64,000 bases of DNA from the human T2T-CHM13v2.0 reference genome, Homo sapiens, in assembly GCF_009914755.1 (NCBI RefSeq), contig NC_060927.1. One strand, 5' to 3'. How positions within the stretch are numbered: the stretch's first letter is position 1; each line of letters begins with the position of its first letter. Positions 50,993 to 64,000 of this stretch are shown here, in pieces. Position numbers and translations under genes: made by a program. Under the pieces are notes generated by a model. That model was not told where the DNA came from. It was given only the letters and a program-made list of their open reading frames with translations, and ran no database searches.

Positions 50993-51732
50993 AGATAGTT
51001 TGTTTAAAAATCATCATTCTGGTTAACAGTGATTTCCACATGTTGAAAATTGGGAGCAAGGTAGAAGAGAGAGTTAATTTGCCCATTTATCATTCTCAAT
51101 TAAAAAAAAAATATGTTCATCACTTTCAAATGACTTTATGATACCCTAATTTTCTTGTGCTAGAAGCATTAAAAGCCTTAGAAAATAATCATTGCTATCA
51201 GTAACATTTTCTTCTCCAAGTCAGCTGAGAAATGCAGAGTTTTGCATGAAATGAGCATGGGTGCTACTACTTGTCTTGAATTGCTGTTTTTGTTTTATAA
51301 GGATATAACAGTTAGATAAAACCTGAGCTCATTTCCAGTGCTTACATTCTGAGATTTCATGGCATTTCAGCTTTCTAAAGCCTTTTTTAAAATTTTGAAA
51401 CATTCTAAGCATAAAGTATAATACAAAGAACAATACAACATTTTAACATTCAATTTCATTTCTATCTCAAAATAACTGAGATAAGCAAAGGCACAGAGAG
51501 AAGGCAAAGACCATTTTCTGAGTGTCTACTAAGTACCAGGCATTTCAGAACCCTCTGAGGTCAGCGCCATCAGACTCATCTACAGATGAAAACACCCCGA
51601 GGCTTAGGGAGACTGTCAGTGGTGCAGGGTCACAACATTAGGAAGCATCAGAGCTGGGATTCTAACCCTACATCTGTTAGATTCTGAAACACTGAGTTCT
51701 TCCCAGCAGTACTACTCTGCTTCCAATATTCC

Positions 51733-52039
51733 TTTTCCTTTTTTTTTTTTTTTTTTGAGACTGGGTCTCGCTGCGTCACCTAGGCTGGAGTGCGGAGTGC
51801 AATGGCACGATCTTGGCTCACCTCTGCCTCCCAAGTTCCAGCGATTCTCCTGCCTCAGCCTCCCGAGTAGCTGGGATTACAGGTGCATGCTGCAACGCCC
51901 AGTTAATTATTGTATTTTTAGTAGAGATGGGGTTTTGCCATGTTGTCCAGGCTGTTCTCGAACTCTTGGCCTCAAGTGATCTGTCTGCCTCAGCCTCCCA
52001 AAGTGCTGGGATTACAGGCATGAGTCACTGCACCCAGCC
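51733..52039 (-). mobile_element. Alu
   Basis: TSD ctgcttccaat. Confidence 0.9.
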
Positions 52040-52129
52040 CTGCTTCCAATTTTCAATACCTTTGTGGACCTTTATTCTACAGATAACTGAAGTTCAGAAA
52101 GATAAAACAAGATGCCTAAGTTTATGTAA

Positions 52130-52630
<501 letters not shown>

Positions 52631-53652
52631 TAGAAATGAGAAATGTATCTGTATAGACATGAAATTTCAGTAAGCCTATCATTTCTGGACTTTAAAAAAT
52701 GTTTTTAATTAAAGTAAAAGTTACAGTGAAGTGCACACATCTTAAGGGTACAGTTTGATAAATTTGTCCATGTGTATACCTGTGTAACCCCTGCCCGGAT
52801 CGAGTATTTCTGGACATTTTAAGGAGCTACACTATGAAATTGTAAGCCCAGGTGCAAAGCAGGAGAATCCAGACAGCCCATGCACATCAATAAAGAGATG
52901 TTTATGACACAAACCAGTGAGCTAAGGCTATGGAAATCTGTCATTTTTCCCATAGATAGCTATAGAAGCAGCACATCACTGTTGGGGGAGACACTCGAGA
53001 ACAATCCATCGGCCTCTTGTGGAGCCTGGGACCCTCTCACGCACAGTGAAAATCTTCCTTATAGTAGGAAGTGTGAGATTAGCAACTGTAAATATTTAAC
53101 ACAGTCCTCAAACTATGGAAAGACCCTTTCTCAGAGCACAGACTGATTATCTGGAAAAAAAAAAAGAAGAAAGAAAAGTGACATTGCAAATACTTGTTAA
53201 AAGTTTAAGTTCTCTCCCACTTTTTTTTTTTCCTGTTTTGTGTTTGTTTCCTGTTTCTACTAAAGCCCAGGGAGAAGCCGACTCCCCACAGCCTCCTCTA
53301 GCTGTGTCCCAAAAGAGCTAAGACAATAGAGAAAGCATCACCACTGGCCTGAGAAAGAGAATAAAAGGGATGGGAACACCAGTCCCTTGGAATGACTACT
53401 TGGTGCATTCATTTATTCAATGGTTACTGAAGGATCCCACGACTCAGGCACTGCCCTTGGGACGCATCAGTGGACAAACGGTGCCTCCATGATACATGTC
53501 CTAGCAGACAAGGTGACTGGGTGGTGCTAAGGGAGGCTCCACTGAGGCACCAGGCACCTCCTCTGCCACCCTTCCCCCAAATGGGTCAACTTGGAGCCCG
53601 ATCCAGTCATTGGAGAATCTTGAGGGGGAGGGCAGCAGGAGGGAGAGTGGAC

Positions 53653-54805
<1,153 letters not shown>

Positions 54806-54970
54806 AGAATATGTGGATATTATTTGGCAATAAATTTTATAGGGAATAGGAAGAGTCAGAAACTCATTTCTATTTCCAGAGTTCCATCTCATTGCAATCA
54901 CAATGATCAAAGTAAGGTTAGGCTCAGAGAGGAAAGGCATCCTTAACTGTGCAGCCTATAAAACACTCAC

Positions 54971-55063
54971 CGGTTTTTGGAGTCGTCCAGCAATGTATAA
55001 GTTATTCCAGTTGAGGAGATCTTCAATCAGAACGTTAGTGCTAATAACTCCATATTTGATAAG
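54971..55063 (-). CDS. TAMM41: TAMM41 exon 3 (aa 107-137)
   Basis: cag|CTT ATC AAA TAT GGA; [31 protein letters not shown]; donor CCG|GTGAGT; 93 nt; too short for the ORF track. Confidence 0.96.
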
Positions 55064-55284
55064 CTGAAGGAAAAAAGAAATGGCACAAAACGGAGTAAAA
55101 TACCATGTTATTGCTTATACAAGTATAAAATATAAGGAAACAGATAAAATTCTTGACCAGAGCAGTACCTTGATTCCAAAGCCACTCAAAACACCTGACT
55201 TGTGAAAACACACATCTCCACCAAAACTTTTGAGAGGTTAAGTGTCCAAGACTGATTTAGCCCCTAGGGTATGTAAGGGGAGGT

Positions 55285-56371
<1,087 letters not shown>

Positions 56372-56823
56372 AGGTGACCACTATTTCAACTTAGGTCCAT
56401 GTGATGTTAAAGGTGGAATGGCTCTTAGATGCTATCTAGTATTGGTCCTCAGTGGATTGGGAGTAAAAAAAACTTGTCCTTCCCCAAAGACAGTTTGAGA
56501 AGTGATAATTTAGTTCATGTTCCTCATTTGAGAAATAAAAAACCTAAAGCTCAGACACAACAAATGACATGCTCAAGGTGGCACCAGTAGTAGCAGAGTC
56601 AAAACTAGGTCCCAGAATTTCAGTCTGGTCTTCCAATGCTCTTTTCATTACAAAGTACAAGAAATTTTCCTTTAATTAGAAGTTTTCACTGACATGCTTT
56701 ACATAGTGAATTTCTCTTTTGCTACTGACTATTTCAAACACTTTTGTAATTACAAAGCAATATCCAAAAATAAAACTTCTTTATTCATGCTAAAAAAAGA
56801 AATTATAGTTCAGCCCATTTCTA

Positions 56824-57131
56824 TTTTTTTTTTTTTTTTTTTTTTTTTTTGAGACAGAGTCTTACTCTGTTGCCCATGCTGGAGTGCAGTGGCATGATTT
56901 TGGCTCACTACAGCCCTAACTCCCTGGGCTCCAGTGATCCTCCCACCTCAGTCTCCAGAGTAGCTGGAACCACAGGCATGCACCATCACACCTGACTAAT
57001 TTTTGTATTTTTTGTAGAGACAGGGTTTCACCATGTTGCCCAGGCTGGTCTTGAACTCCTGGGCTCAAGCAATCCATCCACCTTGGCCTCCCAAAGTGCT
57101 AGGATTACAGGCATGAGCTGCCGTGCCCGGA
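56824..57131 (-). mobile_element. AluJ-like
   Basis: Antisense Alu. Confidence 0.9.
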
Positions 57132-57858
57132 CAGTTAAGCCTATTTCAATAATAATTTGTATAAATCCTGTAGATTTCCCAGGTTACAAAGTCCCATTTG
57201 CATAAACAAGTATCTTCAGACCCACTTTGCTGAACCTCAGTATCCAAACAGCCTTCTCAGGCTGCAAATATATAAAAAGCAGTTAAAAATTATCAATTAA
57301 AAAGTAGTCTTTTGGCATATAATTATGCCCAAACATTTGGTTACTGGAACTTATAATATTCTTTGAAAATTACTAATTACAGGTAGGTTTGGCATAATAT
57401 TAACTGTGGAGAAAGAACAAAGCTAAGTGTCCTGCATGACTCAAGTGGATGCAGAAGGCTGTGCTGAGTGTCAGCCTTTTCCCCCCAACTCCAGCAGCAG
57501 CACTGCAGAAAGCCCTTCTAGCTGCAGGCAAGTAACCACTGGGAGGTAACAGAAACACCACGGGCCTGGAAGTCAGGGGACCTGTTGCAAACTAGCTGCA
57601 CAACCTTATGGAAGTCATTTCCTCTCTCTGAACTTCAGTTTCCTCAACTGCAAAATACAGGTGAAGCAAGGTTGGATCTCAACCGGAAAAGCAAATATAT
57701 GGCCCAAGGGGTATGCAGACGTCACCAGTCAATCACAACACTCACTCCTTAGCCAAGTTCAGACAGACCTTCAAATCCTTCTCAAGTCAGTACTCCAACC
57801 TCCTGCCCTTTAAAGCGTGGGCCTTTGACCAATGGCATTGGCATCACTTGGGAGCTTA

Positions 57859-58501
<643 letters not shown>

Positions 58502-59003
58502 TCAGGATCTGCACTGAAATGGGATCTCCAGGTGGCTCGATGCCGGCCAAAGCCTGACCGCCTTGAACAATGAGTGGCAGAGCTGGCACAGCAAGTGAAA
58601 CCCATATGTCATCCCTGGCCCAGGGAAGCTCTAGGAAGCATCTGATTTAGACCCCTACTGATCCTTGCAGGCTGGGGTTCTGCCTAGGTCTTGACAGCTC
58701 TCTTGGAGACTGCGATGCTTCAGCTGAAAGACAGTTCAGCAAAGTTCCTGCTGTCAGATGAACCACCAGCAGGAATCCATGCAACTTACCTGCTCTCCAA
58801 CAGCCCACTGTCAAATTCCACGCGTCTCCTGGCACCAAGAGGTTCCCGTCTATCACCTGACACACATGCTCTCAATCACCTGTGATATCCTCTTCACTTC
58901 CAACTTCTTCCTGGGGGTGTCTGCCCCTCCTTCTAGATAAAATCAATCTCCAACCTGACCCAAAATTGGCCTGCCTATTCCTCCCACTGACCAGACCAAT
59001 GGT

Positions 59004-59173
59004 TCTAGACCAGCAGCTTCAGCACTGTTTGGAAGTGTGTTAAGAGATGCAAATCTTCAATCCCTACCCCAGACCTAGTGATCAGAACTCTGGGGGTGGG
59101 GCCCAGCAATCTGTGTGTCCAATGGACACACAACCTAGGGGATTCTGATGCACACTAAAACTTGAGAACCACT
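59004..59173. mobile_element. MER5A
   Basis: gatgcaaatctt...ttgagaaccact. Confidence 0.75.
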
Positions 59174-59203
59174 TGGCCAAAGACAAAAAAATAAAGTCAG
59201 TGT

Positions 59204-59490
<287 letters not shown>

Positions 59491-59581
59491 TCAGTCACAC
59501 CCAACCACCTCCTCACACTGCAATGACAGTTAATGGGACATGAGGAAGGACTCCAGTCCCTGCTCTGTCCCCAAGTTCAAG

Positions 59582-59710
59582 ACGTCTGGCAGGAGTGTGA
59601 ATGTTTCCTGACTATAAGAATATACATACTATAAAAACATACATATTTCCCGACTATAACAACGTCCAGCAGGAGTGTGAATGTTTCCTGACCACAAGAA
59701 CATACATATT
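59582..59710. repeat. Imperfect 80-bp-period tandem duplication in intron 2
   Basis: acgtc..gcaggagtgtgaatgtttcctgac at 59582 and 59662. Confidence 0.85.
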
Positions 59711-59777
59711 TAGCTGGCACTCTAATAACCCAGGTAAATAACCAGCCAAGTTAAGACAAAGGCCAGCAGTCACTTAC

Positions 59778-59960
59778 CCTACCATTACACATGATCAATG
59801 AATTGTAGTAAACTCCAGCGCCATAGTTATTCTGGATGGACGTGATAATCTTGGGCCCTAAAACTTTTAGGAAAGAGTAGTGACTCCAATTTTTCTTCAG
59901 GTTCTTTGAATGCCATGCGACAGGGTCATCTACTGTGAACACAAAGTCCAGCATAGCATT
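59778..59960 (-). CDS. TAMM41: TAMM41 exon 2 (aa 46-106)
   Basis: Acceptor cag|AAT GCT ATG; NAMLDFVFTVDDP...IMCNGR; donor AGG|GTAAGT; 183 nt. Confidence 0.97.
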
Positions 59961-60139
59961 CTGTGGAGTGAAGAAAAGAGAATAATTTCAGTATTAATTC
60001 CTAGAAAGGCAGCAAGAGAGCATGGAAAAGCTCTAACATACTACGCAATTATGATCAATAGTCAGAAGGCCTGGTGCTGTCATCAGAAATGTGAGCGAGT
60101 CTCTGGAACAAATATGAGCTTTGTTTTCATCAATGTAAT

Positions 60140-60385
60140 AATAGCAAACACTTCTTTAACATGTATTGTTGTGCCAGCACTCTTTAAACACTTTATGGGT
60201 AACATACGCAGTCACTCCATTTATCCTCAGCACAACCCTACAAGGTAGCTACTGCTATTATCTCAATTTTATAAGAAACCAAGGCACAGGGGATGCTCTT
60301 TGCCCAAGGACACAGAGCTTGTGAGTGGCAGACCTAAGAGGTCTGGCTCCAAACTGTGTGTGCTGAACCACTGCACTACACTGCC
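60140..60385. mobile_element. MIR
   Basis: MIR core (gaaaccaaggcacag...tgcccaagg). Confidence 0.7.
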
Positions 60386-61782
60386 TTTCACAAATGTAGC
60401 TAAATGTGCTCCGCTTTTCTTCTGGATCAAATTAGCACCACCTGGATAAACTCTACAAAATACTATATAAAAGGAAGTCAGTTATTTTATCTCTTACCTA
60501 TTCACCAACCACTTATTGAGTACATAAGTAATGAACTCTGACAGGCCCTAGGGTAGAAGTATAGAGCTCAGAGTCTACTGGAGAGAATAAACAAATTATC
60601 ACTACATTGACTTGATAGAGGAATGCAAAATGTACTAACTGCACTCAGCATAGGGATCAGATCAGGGGCACAGGAGGGAGAAATTCTCCTAGAGATGACA
60701 AATCTGAGTCTTGAAGGACACGTGAGTTAAACAGACTTGCTGGAAGCACTGGGGGAAGCACAGGGAAGGGTAGGGAGCCGTGTTGGAGGAAAGTGCTCTG
60801 TGGATATGGGAGCCAGCATGTTCTGGAAGCTGCCGTCAGATATGACTGAAATAGAACACATTTATGCGGTGGGAGATGAGATCAGAGAGGGAGGCTGTTT
60901 GCCATGCTAGAAAATTTTCCTGCAGAAGAGCTGACTGGAGAGAAGAGGGACTAAGGGGGTGGGGGAATTAGATCTGAAGCCATGGCAAGATTCCAGGGGA
61001 GAAATGAAATTATATTAGCTAAGGCGCTAAGGATGGGGACTGATGTGAGAAAGATGTAGGTGTTGGAATCTACAACTTGTTCACTTGAATGTAAGGAATC
61101 AAAAGTGAGGGAATGGGAAGGAAGGACCTTTTCTTGCAGGGAATTCCAGGTCTATTCAAAGGAAAACCTCCATGGAAGAATGAAGAGGTGGCCATCAGGA
61201 GGCTAACGCCTGCTCTGTAGAGTGTGACTCTACAGACCACTGGGGACACTTGAGATTTGGTGGCGAGGCAGGTATGGAATAAACATGTTTTTTAAAAATG
61301 TGTAATTATGTTAAGGTAAATTCGGGAAAAATAACTAGCCTATAATAACCTATAATTTCTCATATGCTGCCAATTTAAAGAAAAATATTAAATAGTAGTG
61401 TAAGTGGGAAACAGAGGAAATCCAAGCAACAGCATAGATGGCCTCACCAGGAAGTGAACAGGCAGGATGTTAATCAGAAGACAGACTACAGTCAGGTATC
61501 CAGACGCAGGGGGCCCCATTAAAACCTGCACACTGAATTCTGCAAATTACAAGGAAAACTGTACCCTTACTGAGGCTGTGCTGAGCCAACTCTGAAAAGT
61601 AACAATGCCTAGTCTCAAACAGACCGTTGTTAAAAGTGCTGAGCGAGGGTAAATACACTGGTCACGCACTAACTTTTGATGTTAGTTACTTTCACTGCAC
61701 CTGCCCTGGCCCTACAACCAGTCCGCCAACTTCCTGAAGTCAGAAGATCATTTTGCATTTTCTCCTACATTTATAGAGGTGA

Positions 61783-61955
61783 CTCTCAACAAACTTGGCT
61801 GCGCATTAGAATCACCTGGGACGTTTCTTAAATTCCTGAAGCCCAGGCCTCATCCCAAACCAATTAAATCAGAATCTCCATCGGCGGAAGCCGAGCATTA
61901 GGATTTTCTTAAAAGCTCCCCAGAAAATTCCGATGTCCAGCCGACTAAAACACTG
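61783..61955. mobile_element. MER5A
   Basis: cattagaatcacctggg...aattaaatcagaatctc. Confidence 0.72.
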
Positions 61956-62049
61956 AAAGAACCTGATAACGATTTCTTTTCCTTTCTTCCATTTGCCCCT
62001 GCAGCAGTTTTTCCTTCTGCCTAACTGCTTCTCCTGCTCTAGACCCACG

Positions 62050-62830
62050 TGGATTCCTAAGTATCCTTCAACACCGTCGCTTCAACTCGCGCTGTCGTTA
62101 TACTAGGAAGGCAGGCCTATGGTTCACTCTGCTAGTGGACACGTGGAGTGTGCAGAGCGGACAGGCAGCTCTCCGACTCTGAAGGAATCGAGGGCAAAAC
62201 GGGACTCGTGAGAACAGACAGTTCCCCGTCGTGGGGCTGCCCGGGCTCACCTTCTGGTCTGAACTCGGCCCTGCCTGGCGGTACACCCCGGAGCCGTAGA
62301 CGAAAGCCAGACTCAGCTCCTCGGGGAAGTGAGACAGGATCTTGCGGAAGGTCACCCACGAGCTCTGCAGCGTCTGCAGCGCCATGGGGTCGAGGCTAAC
62401 AGGGGACACTCAGCGCAGCAGGGCGAGGACAACCGGGCGGGGAACAGACACCGGGTAGGCGGTTTAGGGTGGGAAATGGAAGTCGGAGACTGGATCGAGG
62501 GACACAAGGCTGAGTGTGGGGTGGGACTGCAAGCACACGCAAGGATTGGGGCGTTGGGCCACGAAGAGCAGCGGCGAGAAGACGCAGCCCAGATAGGCTC
62601 GGGTGGGCGGCGGTCGCACAGGCAGAGCTTCCGTCCCTTGCTACGCCCCACGCACGCACAGGCGCTTCCAAGACGCAAGAGGCGGTGCTCGCCTTAGTGT
62701 GGGGAACGCGAGGCTTTGCATTGTCCCCTCGTGGTCGGAGGAGTGCCCTACAGGCTGGCGGCTAGGTTGCGACTTGGACAAATCGGCGGAGGCGAGCGTC
62801 ACCCGACTCCGCGGGCCCTGAGCCTTGATA
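62050..62830 (-). promoter_or_regulatory. CpG-island promoter and 5' UTR of TAMM41
   Basis: GC- and CpG-rich stretch over exon 1; ETS-type CGGAAG at 62633-62628; GC box at 62605-62610; NRF1-like GCGC/TGCG run at about 62650-62666; no obvious TATA box. Confidence 0.88.
62251..62385 (-). CDS. TAMM41: TAMM41 coding exon 1 (aa 1-45)
   Basis: ATG at 62385; MALQTLQSSW...AFVYGSGVYRQAGPSSDQK; donor AAG|GTGAG; 135 nt. Confidence 0.97.
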
Positions 62831-64000
62831 GCCTCTGTACTTCTCTCTTCAAACTACGGTTTAAAGAATGACTATAAAATCGGGAGCGTATTGAAGGTTT
62901 TTAAGTGAGGCGACACTCACATAATATGGAACTAGCCGTTCTGAAATGGACAGTGTAGTAGCATGTAGTGCCTTCACAATATTGTGCCCCCATCATCGCT
63001 CTAGTTCCAAAATTGCAGATTTCGAAGATTTGGAAAAACACAAAATTAAAATGATGCCCAATCCCGCCATGTAGAGAATACCACCGTCAAGATTTGACGG
63101 AGACTTCTTCACGCTAAAGCCCTTTTCAAATACAAGGGTGGATATGGGAGTGCACAGACGTTCTCTGATACTTGCATTTAATTTCAAGGGTGGATCACAG
63201 TTTTTGCCCCCTTGCCTTGTGGAATGGTCTCACAAAGGGTGCTTCAAATGCAGTTTCTGGAGGAAACAGGACCCTAGGAGTAGAAAAATCTTACAGCTCT
63301 CCTCTTTGTATAACTGGAGAAACTTGCTGAAGATTACCATTCAGGAGGTGGTTTGACTTCCAGGACAGAAACTTTTTCAACTACCCTCTCCTTCCTCCCC
63401 AAAATACACTACCTCTCAAAAATAATAGAAATAGTAATAGCTAACATTCAGGTAATGTTGACACATTTTCACATGCACTTCTCACTGAGCACCCTCTAGT
63501 GCCCTGTGGCAGGAGGGCCTTGGTTTTACTGATGGCCAAGCTAAGGCTTAGAGAGGTAAAGCCAGGTGATAGGATCACATCAGCCTGTGGCAAAACTAGA
63601 GCTAAACCCAGGTCTGGCTCCAACTCTGGGATTTTTTCGGAAATTCTGCTCTGTCCTTGAAGGGTTTTGAGCAAGGACTTATGTAATTCACATGTTAGCC
63701 TGAATTGTGGGGGACTGATTAGACAGTTGTTATCATAGTTCCCCCATGAACTGGAAACGGCTAGGCCAAGGTCTTAGGAGCAGGGATGGGATTAAATCAA
63801 TTGGAAAAATGATTACTTGCACTCACACTCTGGGCCTGCACTGAGATGAAGAGATCTGAGCTGCCTGCTGCCCTGCAGGAGCTAGGGGTCTGTAGAGGAG
63901 AGGAGACAGAACTGCAAATCAGAGTAGAATTTGGGTAATGCAGCCAGGTACCCAGCACAGTGCCGGAATGTAATGTCCCTCCAATGGGAACGTCAGTCAG

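Noticed and set aside
62098-62821. Several overlapping ORFs on both strands in the CpG island, and a GTG-initiated N-terminal extension (62409)
   Set aside because: Expected from stop-codon scarcity in GC-rich DNA; only 62385-62251 splices into the TAMM41 frame, and an in-frame TGA caps any extension at 8 aa

Overview
Human (or very closely related primate) genomic DNA. It carries the complete protein-coding part of TAMM41 (C3orf31, mitochondrial phosphatidate cytidylyltransferase / CDP-DAG synthase, Tam41 family) on the minus strand. Eight coding exons (62385-62251, 59960-59778, 55063-54971, 45613-45463, 33084-32939, 25419-25254, 23634-23572, 6322-6246) have GT-AG boundaries and sum to 1014 nt = 337 aa. 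A CpG-island promoter lies at about 62.05-62.83 kb and an AATAAA at 6211-6206. Skipping the 63-nt exon 7 gives 316 aa; reading through the exon-7 donor gives 452 aa. The rest is intronic or downstream sequence dense in Alu, L1, L2, MIR, LTR and DNA-transposon relics, and almost all ORF-track ORFs are repeat artefacts. I see no convincing new multi-gene system. The best observations are: a consensus 5' splice site overlapping the stop of the 452-aa frame (predicting a 459-aa isoform), candidate poison exons, two locally templated insertions, an Alu-mediated 572-bp tandem duplication, an Alu-junction deletion in an L1, an ERVL internal relic and a strong CTCF motif. Repeat subfamily names are by eye and repeat boundaries are approximate.
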